DNA from: an uncultured delta proteobacterium
Lineage (GTDB): Bacteria > Myxococcota_A > Polyangia > Polyangiales > Polyangiaceae
Assembly: GCA_963782055.1 (NCBI GenBank)
Contig: CAWAIF010000003.1
Span: 4,256,001-4,320,000, forward strand
Direction: 5' to 3'
Length of the DNA: 64,000 nt
In this document: in pieces, positions 27,207 through 37,417 of the stretch
How positions within the stretch are numbered: the first letter of the stretch is position 1
Layout of the letters: every line of letters begins with the position of its first letter
The notes under the pieces: model-generated
Databases searched by the model: none
Seen by the model: only the letters and a program-made list of their open reading frames with translations
What the model was told of the DNA's origin: nothing
Position numbers and translations under genes: made by a program

Positions 27207-30200
27207 GTGACGCTCGTCGGCGACCGGTTCGAAATCCTCTCCCTCGCCGGCACGGGCGGCATGGGCCGCGTGTTCCGTGCGCGCGACGCGCAGGGCGGGG
27301 CGCTCGTCGCGCTCAAGATGCTGCGCGAGGACGCCGAGCCCGACGCGCTCTCCCGCTTCGCGCGCGAGAGCGAGGCGCTCGCGCGGCTGGAGCACCCCGG
27401 CATCGTCCGCCACGTGGCCCACGGCAAGACGCGCCAGGGCGTGCCCTACCTGGCGATGGAGTGGGTGGAGGGCGAGGAGCTGCGCCTGCGGCTGAAGCGC
27501 GAGGGCTCGCTCGACCCCGATCAGGTCGTCGTGCTGGCGCGCAAGCTCTCGGAGGCGCTGGCGCACGCCCACGCGCGCGGGATCATGCACCGCGACGTCA
27601 AGCCGTCCAACGTCATCCTGCGCGGCGACGACCTGGCGACGGCGGTGCTCGTCGACTTCGGCCTGGCGCGCACCGGCACCGACGATTCTCACGCGCACCG
27701 GCATGCTCGTCGGCACCCCGACGTACATGGCGCCGGAGCAGGTGCGCGGCGACGGCATCACCCCCGCGGTGGACGTCTTCGCGCTCGGGTGCGTGATGTA
27801 CCAGACGCTCACCGGCGTCACGCCCTTCGCCGCCAACGGCACCACCGCCGTGCTGGCGCGCCTCCTCTTCGACGAGCACGTGCCGCTCGCGCGGCTGATG
27901 CCCATGTTGCCCGCCGCCCTCTCCGATCTCATCGGGGCGATGCTGGTCAAGGTCGTCGCCGCGCGCCCGTCGATGGCCGACGTCGCCGCAGCGCTGGACA
28001 GCCTGGGCGCGTCGGTGCCGGCGGTGCGCCTGCCCGAGCCGCCGCGGCTGAGCGCCGCCGAGCAGCGCGTGGTGAGCGTCATCCTGGCCGGCGCCGCCGA
28101 GGAGGCGGCACCCGACGAGGACGACACTCTGCGCCACGCCGGGGCCGATCTGGGGGACGCGGACGTCGCCCGCCTGCGCGCCATCGCCGCGCGCTTCGGC
28201 GCCGAGCTCACGCCGCTCCCCAACGGCGCGCTCGTCGCGGTGCTCACCACCAGGGACGCCGCGACCGATCTCGCCGCGCGCGCGGCGGAGTGCGCGCTGG
28301 AGCTCAAGCGCGAGCTCGCCACCACGCCCATCGGGCTGGCGACCGGGCGCGCGCAGACCGACGACGAGGGGGTGCCCATCGGCGAGGCGATCGACCGCGC
28401 GGCGGCGCTCGTCCCCTACCCGAGCGACGCGGTGCGCATCGACGAGGTCACCGCCGGCCTGCTGGGCACGCGCTTCGTGCGGCAGGCCGGGCCCGAGGGC
28501 ACGCTCCTCCGGCGACGCAGCGTCGGCTCCGACCCCGTGCGCACCCTGCTCGGCCGGCCGACGCCGTGCGTGGGCCGCGACGCCGAGCTGGCCACGCTGC
28601 AGGGCGTGGTGGCGCAATCGGCGAGCGAGTCGGTGGCGCGCGTCGTGCTGGTGACCGGCCCCGCGGGCACCGGCAAGTCGCGCATCCGCCAGGAGCTGAT
28701 GGTCCGCGCGCGCGCGGCCAGCGCCGACACCGCGCTCTGGATCGCCCGCGGCGACTCCGTCGGCGGCGGCGCCCCCTTCGGCATGCTCGCCCAGGTGATC
28801 CGGCGCGAGGCGGGCGTGCTGGAGGGCGAGTCGGCCGAGGAGAGCCGCGCCAAGCTGCTGGCGCGCACCGCCCGCGACCTGCCCGCCCAGGACGCCCGGC
28901 GCGTCGCCACCTTCCTCGGCGAGGTCATCGGCGCGCGCTTCGACGACGACGACGACGTGCAGCTCCGCGCCGCCCGCAACGACCCGCGGCTCATGGGCGA
29001 CCAGATGCAGCGCGCCTTCGTCGACTTCGTCGAGTCGGAGTGCCGGCAGCGCCCTGTCCTGCTCGTGCTGGAGGACCTGCAGTGGGGCGATCAGCCGACG
29101 GTCGCCGCCGTCGACGCGGCGCTGCGCGTGCTCGAGGAGTGCCCGTTCGCCGTCGTGGCGCTCGGCCGCCCGGAGGTGGCCGAGATCTTCCCCGACCTGT
29201 GGAGCCAGCGCGGGGTGCTTCCCCTCCCCCTCTCCCCCCTCCCCCGGCGCGCGGCGGCGCGGCTGGTGCGCGCGGTGCTGGACGATTCCACGCCGGACGA
29301 CGTGGTCGCCGGCCTCGTCGAGAAGGCTGCGGGCAACGTCTTCTTCCTGGAAGAGCTGCTGCGCGCGCAGGCGGAGGGCCACGGCGCGGAGGTGCCGCCG
29401 ACGGTCGTGGCGATGGTGCAGAGCCGCCTGGGCGCGCTGGAGCCGGAGGCGCGGCGGGTGCTCCGCGCGGCGAGCGTCGTGGGCGAGACCTTCTGGCGCG
29501 GGAGCGTGCGAGCGCTGCTCGGTGACGACGCCGGCGCCGCCGACCGCTGGCTGGACGAGCTGGTGCAGCGCGAGGTGCTCACGCGGCGCACGCGCAGCCG
29601 CGTCGCCCACGACGTGGAGTACGTCTTCCGCCACGCGCTGGTGCGCGAGGGCGCCTACGCCATGCTGACCGACGCCGACCGCTCCCTCGGCCACCGCCTC
29701 GCCGCCGAGTGGCTGGAGGCGGGCGGGCAGACCTCCGCGCTCGTCGTCGCCGCGCACTACGAGCGCGCCGGGGAGAGCGCGCGTGCGGCGGTCGCGTACC
29801 TGCGCGCCGCCGAGCAGGCGCTGGAGAGCAACGACCTCGCAGGCGCCATCGACCACGCCGAGCGCGGCGTCGCCCTGGGCGCCACCGGCGAGCTGCTCGG
29901 CTCGCTACGCAACGTGCAGGCGAACGCCCACCACTGGCGTGGCGAGACGGAGAAGATGCAGGCGGCCGCGGCGGAGACGGTGAACCTGCTCCCGCACGAC
30001 GACGCCCGCTGGGCCGAGGCGATGGGCCTGCTCGCCGTCGCCAAGCAGCGCCTCGGGCACTCGGAGGACCTGACCTCCGTCGCCGACAGCCTCTACCGCA
30101 TGCTCTCGGCGGCGCGGGGCAACCTCGCCCTGGCGCGCGCAGGCGGGCGCATCGCGTCGCTGCTCTTCTTCGCCGGCAAGCAGGAGCCCGCAGCGGCCAT

Positions 30201-31041
30201 GCTGGACGCCGCGGAGAAGGCCGCGCGCGGCGGGGGCGCCGACGTCGAGGCGCGCATCCACCAGGCGCGGGCCCCGCACGCGCGGCAGGCGGGGCGCCCG
30301 GCGGAGGCGCTGGCGCACGCGGAGGCGGCGGAGACGGCGTACCGGGTGGCGGGCGATCTGCGCAACGCCTGCCACATGACCGGCGTGCGCGGCTTCGCCC
30401 TCTCCGAGCTGGGCGCCTACCGCCGCGCGGAGACGGTGCTGCTGGAGGCCCTGGCCACCGCCGAGCGTCTGGGGCTCGCCACGGTCGCGGCCACCGCGCG
30501 CGCCAACCTCGCCGTGGTCTACCTGCACCTCGGCCGCCACCGCGAGGCGGAGGCGACAGTGCGCGCCGCCATCCAGGCCGTCGTGTCCAGCGACCGCCGG
30601 CACGAGGGGGCCTCGCGCGCGTACCTGGCGATGATCCTGCGCGACGCCGGCCGGCTCGACGAGGCGGAGCGCGAGGCGCGGCGGGGCCTGGTGCTGCTGG
30701 AGGCCGCGCTCGCCCTGCGGCCCCTCGCCGGCGCGGTGCTCGCGACGGTGCTGCTCGCCGGCGGCCGGGTGGAGGAGGCCCTCGCCGTCGCGCAGTCGGC
30801 GATGCGCGAGGCGGACGAGAGCGTCAACGTGGAGGAGGGCGACGCGCTGTTGCGGCTCACCCTCGCCCGCTCCCTCTTCGCGACCGGCCACCGGGACGAG
30901 GCGCGCTCGGTCATCCACGCCGCGCGCGACCGCCTCCTCGCCCGCGCCCGCACCATCACGCTGCCGGAGCTACGGCGGACGTTTCTGGGGAACGTGCCGG
31001 AGCACGCGAAGACGTTGGAGCTGGCGGTGGAGTGGGGGTGA
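27207..31041 (+). pseudogene. Ser/Thr protein kinase - AAA ATPase - TPR protein, frameshifted near 27687
   Basis: GTGGMG, HRDVKPSN and DFGLA are in one frame. GTPTYMAPE, Walker A GPAGTGKS and LEDLQW continue in another frame. May be a sequencing indel. Confidence 0.75.
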
Positions 31042-31292
31042 TGGGGGGGCCCCCTCCCGGCGCCATGCTCGGGCTCGTGCTCGCCTGCGCGCAGGCCCAC
31101 GGTGAGGAGCGGGGGCAGCGCGGTGGGCCTGCACGCAGGCTTGCGCGCGAGCCCTGCGCGTGGCGCCCCTCCCCTCGATGTCGCGCTCGCGCGCGCCATC
31201 GGGGAGGCTGTTGTGCTGCACGGGGCGGACCTCTGCGCGGGGAACGAGGGGGACAGGCCCTCCCTCCGATTCTCCGAACGCGTGTGGGCGTC

Positions 31293-31433
31293 GCGAGGGG
31301 GCTTCGTGCGGTGCCACGCCAAGCCGGCGGAAGGATCGCGCCAGCCTTCCTGGTGCGCGTGCGGGATGCGTCACTGCGGCTGTCACGCTCCTTCCGCCAT
31401 GGGAGGGCATGGCACCGCACGAAGCCCCCTCGC
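31293..31433. repeat. Perfect 24-bp inverted repeat overlapping the DUF559 start
   Basis: GCGAGGGGGCTTCGTGCGGTGCCA (31293-31316) and TGGCACCGCACGAAGCCCCCTCGC (31410-31433). Confidence 0.85.
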
Positions 31434-31776
31434 TCTTTCTCCTTCACACGTATGCGCGCTCGATGCGCCGGCAGGGCACGCGGTCGGAGCAGATGATGTG
31501 GCTGGCGCTCAAGGGGCGGCGGCTTTGCGGGGTGAAGTTCAGGCGGCAGCACGTGCTGGGGGGCAGCTACATCGTGGACTTCGTGGCGCTGAGCGAGCGG
31601 CTGGTGGTGGAGGTGGACGGGGGGTGCACCGGGAGCCGGAGCGGGCGGCGGCGGATGCGGCGCGGCAGCGGGTGCTGGAGAAGCTCGGGTACCGGGTGCT
31701 GCGGGTGGCGGCGGAGCTCGTCGAGCGGGACGTGGGCGCCGCGCTCGCACGGGTGCGCGCGGCGCTCGGACGGTGA
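31409..31776 (+). pseudogene. DUF559 (Vsr-like) endonuclease, frameshifted in a G-run at ~31620
   Basis: MRRQGTRSE..KFRRQH..YIVDF..LVVEVDGG, continuing in another frame as VH..D..R...LEKLGYRVLR. SD GGGAGG precedes ATG 31409. Confidence 0.75.
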
Positions 31777-31869
31777 GCGGGGCGGCGGCTGGCCGAGGGG
31801 GCCCGCCAATATTGGCGGCTCACGCCGCCAATATTGGCGAGAAGCGGACCTGACGTTGGTGTGGTCCTC

Positions 31870-32125
31870 GGCTTCCTTCCGGTGTGGGTGCTGGGCGTGG
31901 TGGACTTCCACGGCAGCCGGCTCATGGCGCTCGAGGTGCTGGCGCGGCCGAGCGCGGCGAAGGTGACCGGCGCGATGGCGCGCGCGTTCGACGCGCACCG
32001 CGCGCCCGGGCGGCTGCTGACGGATCGGGGGACGGTGTTTCGCGCCGAGGTCTTCGAGGAGCTGCTGCGCGCCCGCGGCGTCGCGCACGCGCTGATCAGG
32101 CCGTGTCACCCGTGGACGAACGCCC
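31870..32125 (+). pseudogene. Integrase core (rve/DDE) fragment of an IS3/IS481-like transposase
   Basis: VVDFHGSR..LLTDRGTVF..IRPCHPWTN, truncated before the catalytic E and lacking an N-terminus. Confidence 0.65.
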
Positions 32126-32337
32126 AAGCACACCCCGCCGAGGGCCGCCCCGTGCCGCTCACCAGCCTCCCCGAATGGCGCGCTCGCGCGCCATTCCTGG
32201 GGAGGGGCGCCACGCGCAGGGCTCGCGCGCAAGACTTCGTGCGGGCCGGAGTCAGGGCATCACGCACCCGCGGGCGGCACGCGCGAAGTCGAGCACGAGC
32301 CCGAGCATGGCGCCCGGAGGGGCACCCACCCTCCTCC

Positions 32338-33795
32338 TCAATGCGGCGGCTGGATCGGCGCCTTCTTCTCGCTCTGCACGCACGAGGACAGGTCGAAGAA
32401 GAGGAACTCCAGCGCGTTGAGGTTCGGCTGGTAGTCGGGGTCCTGGTCGGCGCAGAAGCCGCTCGGCGTCCCGGCGACGTGGACGTCGGAGAAGACCGCG
32501 CGCCCGCACTGCTGATCCTCCGGCGCGTTCACCGGGGTGTTGAAGGAGAGGTAGAGCGTCGAGTAGTCGCTGTTCGGGTTCCCGTCGCCCGGGTCGGTGG
32601 TGTAGATCCAGCGCGTCGCCTTGTCGCCGGCGACCATGTCGACGTCGCCGCGGGTGTCGCGCAGGTCGAGCTCGCCGGGCGTGCCGCCCGGCTGCACGTT
32701 CTGGATCCAGGTGGCGAACGCCTTCCCCTTGGGGAAGCTCTGGTCGATGACGTACGGCGGCGAGTAGTGGACCGAGCCGTCGTTGCCCGCCCAGTTGGCC
32801 ACGCCGTTGAAGTCCGCGGGGCCGCGGCACGTCGGATCGTCCCCGCTGCGCGCGCACTGCGCCTCGTTGGCGAAGAAGTTGTACGCGAAGTGGGTGCTGA
32901 AGAAGCGCCCGCCGGAGTTCACGTAGTCCTCCACGTTCTGGTAGCCGCTCTGCCCCCGGTCGTGGGTCGCGCCCTCGCACGACATGAACACCAGGTCGTA
33001 CTGGTCGAGCGTCGGGGCGTCGTTGAACAGGGTGGAGGACGGGCCGTACGCGTACGGGCGCGCCGTCTCGCCGCCGACGCCGTCGTAGATCTGCACGCGG
33101 CCGCCCTTGTCGAACTCCTGCGGGTCGATGCCGATGGTGTTCATGATGAAGCACTCGCCGTAGTCGGCCGCGCCGGTGGTCACCGCCATGAGCGGGATGT
33201 TGTCGTCGGGCGAGCCCTCGTGCTGGCGGCGCGGCAGCCGCATGATCTGCTCGTGCGCCTTGTCGTGCGGGTCCAGCTTGGTGTTGAAGTGGTTGTCCTC
33301 GGCCACCTTCACGAAGGGCATGTCGATGACGCGCCGCCACTTGCCGAGCTGCATCACCAGCGGCACGTGCGCGCCGTCGGGCACGTCGTTGATGATGAAG
33401 TGCCCGTTCTCGTCGGTCGTGGCCGCCACGAGCGGCTTGCCGGAGGCGGGCGCCTGGCACGGCGTGCACACCGGGCCCGTCGTGATCGGGTCGAGCGGTG
33501 CGTTGGGCACGTAGACGAACACGTTGTACAGCGGCAGGGTGCCCTTGGGGTCGTAAACGGTGCCGCTCACGCGGGTGCCGCGGTCGTGCTGGCGACACTG
33601 CAGGTTGACGCACCCGGGGGGCGGCCCGCCGTCCCAGCCCGCGCCGAAGCCGGGGTCGCCGCCGCCCGGCCCCCCGGCCCCCCCGCCGGAGGAGCCGTCG
33701 CCGGGGACGCTGCCGCACGCGACGCACGCGAGCACGAGCAGCACGACGAGGGACAGGACGAGTCCGGGGCGGGTGACGAGGTGCGTGCGGTTCAT
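32338..33795 (-). CDS. Myxobacterial Cys-rich secreted/lipoprotein with a carboxypeptidase-regulatory-like domain
   Basis: Signal/lipobox LACVAC, VSGTVYDPKG..TTDENGHF, CGRAVFSDVHV, LEFLFFDLSSC. Confidence 0.75.
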   Translation of the reverse strand: MNRTHLVTRPGLVLSLVVLLVLACVACGSVPGDGSSGGGAGGPGGGDPGFGAGWDGGPPPGCVNLQCRQHDRGTRVSGTVYDPKGTLPLYNVFVYVPNAPLDPITTGPVCTPCQAPASGKPLVAATTDENGHFIINDVPDGAHVPLVMQLGKWRRVIDMPFVKVAEDNHFNTKLDPHDKAHEQIMRLPRRQHEGSPDDNIPLMAVTTGAADYGECFIMNTIGIDPQEFDKGGRVQIYDGVGGETARPYAYGPSSTLFNDAPTLDQYDLVFMSCEGATHDRGQSGYQNVEDYVNSGGRFFSTHFAYNFFANEAQCARSGDDPTCRGPADFNGVANWAGNDGSVHYSPPYVIDQSFPKGKAFATWIQNVQPGGTPGELDLRDTRGDVDMVAGDKATRWIYTTDPGDGNPNSDYSTLYLSFNTPVNAPEDQQCGRAVFSDVHVAGTPSGFCADQDPDYQPNLNALEFLFFDLSSCVQSEKKAPIQPPH

Positions 33796-33911
33796 GACAG
33801 TCTCCAGTGTGGGAAGTGCGTGGTCTGCGTACCCGTCAATCCGCAGGAGGGAAGCGCGACGCGTAGCGGAGCGCCCGCGTAGGCAGGGCGGCGCGTGCCG
33901 CCCCTGCGGGA

Positions 33912-35930
33912 TCAGTGGTACTTGCAGCCGGTGATCTCGTCGTGGCCGTCGGCGCTCATCTCGCGGCCGCCACCCTTCTCGCAGAGCAGGATGTCGCGCT
34001 GGCCGTCGTTGGCGTACAGCTCGTCGAAGCCGTCGCCGCCGTGCAGCACGTCGTTGCCGGCCTCGCCGTAGATCTTGTCGTTGTCGCCCAGGCCGAACAG
34101 CTCGTCGTCGCCGCCCAGGCCGTGGATCTCGTCGTCGCCCTGCCGGCCCCAGATGATGTTGCCGTTGTCGTTGCCGTAGAGCACGTCGTCCGCGGACGAG
34201 CCCTCCAGCACCTCCAGGTCGGGGTGGAGCGTGGTGCCCTGGCTCGCGTCGCAGTAGGCGCCGTTGTACTTGTTGCTCTGCGGGTTGTAGGCGTGCCCGT
34301 AGAAGGCCGTCTTGATGGAGGGGTTGTCGCCCCACTGCGCGAGCTGCGCCCAGAGGGGGAGCTTGCCGCTGCGGGCGAAGCCGGCGATGTCCACGCCCGC
34401 GCCGCCGGAGTACTCGTGGCCGCCGCAGGGGAAGTCGCTGACGAGCTGGTCGTTGCCGTCGCCGCCGAAGAGGTGATCGGCGCCGTCGGTGTAGGTCACC
34501 TGCCCCTTGAGCTTGGCCCGGTTGATGGTGAGCTCGCTCTCGCTGAGCAGCGCGTCATCGCCGCCGTTGCCGTACAGCCAGTCGTTGCCGGTGACGCCGC
34601 TGAAGATGACGTCCTGCTCGTCGCCGCCGGTCAGGACGTCGTTGTCCCTGCCGCCGTTGATGTGCCCCGTGAAGTCGCGCGGGAAGTTGCCCTGCAGCGT
34701 GATGTGGTCCGCGCCGTCGCCGCCGTACGCCGCGACGTAGCGCAGGGTGTGCGGGACGTCGCAGATGACGTTGCTCTGGCCCTTCTGGTGACAGAGCTTG
34801 CCGATGGCGTCCAGCTTGGTGCCGTCGTTGCCGTTCACCTCGATGCGCTTGCCGTTCGGGTGGATGACGAGGTGGTCCTTGTCGGTCGTCCCCATCACCA
34901 CGAGGCCGAAGTCGCGGGCGTGGTTGTCGACCATGACCGCCACGTGCCCGGCGGCGGGCGCGGCGCCCGGCTTGCCGAAGGGCTGGCCGTGGAAGGTGTC
35001 GTGCCCCTCGCCGTCGACGACGTCCGCCTTGCTCGGCACGTCGAACTTGTCGTCGCCGAAGCCGCCCACGAACTTGTGGTTCTCGTGCGCGGAGATGAAG
35101 TGGTCGTTGTACGGGGAGCCGACGATCACCTCGATGTCGTCGAGCGGCTCGTTCTTGCCGTCGCCGTAGGCGCAGCCCTGGTGGTGGGCCTGCGTGGGAT
35201 CGTCCTTCTGGATGCACGGGTCGTTGAAGTTGACGATCTCGCCGTCGATGCCGTCCATGGCGTGGTCGAAGCCCGGCTCGGGGTCGCCCGGGGGCATCGC
35301 CGTCATGAAGCTGGCGACGTCGGTGCCGGGCCCGCCGAAGAAGGAGTCGTTGCCGGTGTCGCCGCGAAGGTAGTCGTTGCCCTCGCCGCCGTGCATGACG
35401 TCGGTGCCGTGACCGCCGATGAGCAGGTCGTCGCCGGAGTCGCCCCAGAGGGTGTCGTCGAGCAGGTCGCCGTAGAGGATGTCGTCGCCCGCGCCGCCGT
35501 GGATGTCGTCGCCGCCGGCGCGCCCGTGGATCACGTCGTCGCCGTCGCCGCCGTAGATGGTGTCGTTGCCGGCGCCCCCGTCGATGTAGTCGTCGCCCGA
35601 GCCGCCGTGGATCTCGTCGGCGCCGCCGCGCGCGCAGATGATGTCGTTGCCGCCGTTGCCCCAGATGACGTCGTGGGCGTCGGTGCCGATGATGACGTCG
35701 GGGCCGTTGGTGCCCACGAAGACGTGATCGTTGTTGGTGTCGTGGACGGTGGCCTTGAGGTTGGGGTCGGCGCAGGGGTCGGACTTCCAGACGGGGGGCC
35801 CGCCGCCGCCGCCGTTGTTGAGGGCCTCGGGGGTCTGGTCGGTGACGTCCTCCTGCGGGGCGCCGGAGCAGCCGGCGAAGACGACGGCGGCGACGAGCAG
35901 GGCGAGGGGGGTGAGCGTCCGAACGTTCAT
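33912..35930 (-). CDS. Lipoprotein with RTX/hemolysin-type Ca-binding repeats
   Basis: Many GGxGxDxLxG nonapeptides and lipobox FAGC. Confidence 0.85.
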   Translation of the reverse strand: MNVRTLTPLALLVAAVVFAGCSGAPQEDVTDQTPEALNNGGGGGPPVWKSDPCADPNLKATVHDTNNDHVFVGTNGPDVIIGTDAHDVIWGNGGNDIICARGGADEIHGGSGDDYIDGGAGNDTIYGGDGDDVIHGRAGGDDIHGGAGDDILYGDLLDDTLWGDSGDDLLIGGHGTDVMHGGEGNDYLRGDTGNDSFFGGPGTDVASFMTAMPPGDPEPGFDHAMDGIDGEIVNFNDPCIQKDDPTQAHHQGCAYGDGKNEPLDDIEVIVGSPYNDHFISAHENHKFVGGFGDDKFDVPSKADVVDGEGHDTFHGQPFGKPGAAPAAGHVAVMVDNHARDFGLVVMGTTDKDHLVIHPNGKRIEVNGNDGTKLDAIGKLCHQKGQSNVICDVPHTLRYVAAYGGDGADHITLQGNFPRDFTGHINGGRDNDVLTGGDEQDVIFSGVTGNDWLYGNGGDDALLSESELTINRAKLKGQVTYTDGADHLFGGDGNDQLVSDFPCGGHEYSGGAGVDIAGFARSGKLPLWAQLAQWGDNPSIKTAFYGHAYNPQSNKYNGAYCDASQGTTLHPDLEVLEGSSADDVLYGNDNGNIIWGRQGDDEIHGLGGDDELFGLGDNDKIYGEAGNDVLHGGDGFDELYANDGQRDILLCEKGGGREMSADGHDEITGCKYH

Positions 35931-36094
35931 GGTGTGGGCCTCCGGGGAGGGCACTACGCAATGAGCGTGCCCTCGCGAGGGGGCGCGATTTCGCGGGATT
36001 TCGCGGGGCGGGCGGGGGATTGGGGACCGGGAGGAGACCGCGGGGGACCTGGGGGCGGCGGCGCCGGGGGTGGGGGTGGAGTGACCAGCGCGGG

Positions 36095-37354
36095 CTACTT
36101 GCTCCGCAACCCGTGCTTCCTCAGCAGCTCCCGCAGGTGGTGCCGCTCCACCCCCGACACGATCGACGCGCGCGAGAGGTTGTCCCCCACGCGCCGGAGC
36201 AGCGCCTCCAGGTAGCGCCGCTCGAAGTCGTCGACCACCGAGCGCTTCGCCTCCTTGAAGGCCTCGACCTCGCCGCCGCCCGCCTTGTCGTGGCGCGTGG
36301 ACAGCACGCGCTCGAAGGCGAGGTCGGCGGCGGTGATGGTGGCGCCGGTGGCGATCATCGCGGCGCGCTCGACGACCGCGCGCAGCTCGCGCACGTCGCC
36401 GCGGTACTCGCGGCGGGCCAGCTCCTCCATCGCCTCCGGCGCGATGCGGCGGGCGGCGTGGACCTCCTGCGGCAAGGCCTGGACGAAGTGCAGCGCCAGC
36501 ATGGAGACGTCCTCCGGGCGCTCGGCGAGGGCGGGGATGGCGGCGCGCGCCTGCGCGATGCGCACGTAGAGGTCCTCGCGGAAGCGACCCTGGTTGACCG
36601 CCGCGCGCAGCGCGCCCTTCGACGCGGCGATGACGCGCGGACGCGGGGTGCGTTCGAGCGCGCGCTCCAGGCGGCCCTGCGCGGCGAGGTCGAGCTCGCT
36701 CACGTCGTCCAGGAAGAGCGTGCCGCCCTGGGCGGCGGCGAGCACGCCGTTGTCGCCCTCGAAGAGCTCGTCCTGCATGGCGATGGGCATGGCCACGCAG
36801 TCGAGCACCACGAAGGGGCCCTCGGCGACGCGGCTGGCGGCGTGCACGGCGCGCGCGGCGGTCTCCTTGCCGGAGCCGGGCGGGCCCTCGATCAGCAGCG
36901 CGAGGTCCGTGGAGGCGAGGCGGGCGAGCCAGGCGAAGAGCGCCTGCATCGCTGAGCTGGCGCCGAGCATGGGGCCGAAGCTGGCGAGCATCGTCCGGGG
37001 CGCGTCGCCCGCGGCGTCCTCGTGCTCCACGCGGATGGCCGTGGAGCCGAGGGTGAGGACCGCGCCGAGGGGAACGACCGCGCGCTCCAGCCGGGCGCCC
37101 TCGAAGGAGGTGCCGTTGCGGCTCTCCAGATCGTGCACCGAGACGCCGTCGCCCGTCGCGCGCAGCTCGGCGTGGAAGGAGGACACGGAGGGGTCGGTGA
37201 GGCGCAGGTCTGCCTGGCGCGCGCGGCCCACGACGGCGACCTCGCCCGCGACGCTGCCACCCACGTCGGGGCCGGCGACGACGGTGACCTTGATGCGCCG
37301 GGGGGCGAGCCTGGCCGCCCGCTGGGCGAGGGTGAGGGTGTCTCCTTCGTGCAT
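36095..37354 (-). CDS. FHA-domain sigma54-type (Fis-family) regulator with a degenerate AAA domain
   Basis: FHA (GR..DPSVSSFHA..DLESRNGT), GPPGSGKE, FREDLY and a C-terminal HTH. The GAFTGA loop is absent. Confidence 0.85.
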   Translation of the reverse strand: MHEGDTLTLAQRAARLAPRRIKVTVVAGPDVGGSVAGEVAVVGRARQADLRLTDPSVSSFHAELRATGDGVSVHDLESRNGTSFEGARLERAVVPLGAVLTLGSTAIRVEHEDAAGDAPRTMLASFGPMLGASSAMQALFAWLARLASTDLALLIEGPPGSGKETAARAVHAASRVAEGPFVVLDCVAMPIAMQDELFEGDNGVLAAAQGGTLFLDDVSELDLAAQGRLERALERTPRPRVIAASKGALRAAVNQGRFREDLYVRIAQARAAIPALAERPEDVSMLALHFVQALPQEVHAARRIAPEAMEELARREYRGDVRELRAVVERAAMIATGATITAADLAFERVLSTRHDKAGGGEVEAFKEAKRSVVDDFERRYLEALLRRVGDNLSRASIVSGVERHHLRELLRKHGLRSK

Positions 37355-37417
37355 CCCCTCATCTTATGCGAAGCGGGCGCCGCCCCGCGCGCGATGCTGC
37401 GTGATAGATTCGAGCGC

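Larger units (their letters stand above)
31051..32322. mobile_element. Element bounded by ~180-bp imperfect inverted repeats, carrying a DUF559 gene and an integrase fragment
   Basis: 31059-31083 is the exact reverse complement of 32290-32314 (25 nt), and 31140-31174 of 32199-32233 (35 nt), with identical spacing between blocks. Confidence 0.65.

Noticed and set aside
33912..35930. Repetitive gtcgtcgccg DNA as a possible CRISPR or tandem array
   Set aside because: Explained by the coding of RTX nonapeptides; there is no constant repeat/spacer structure.
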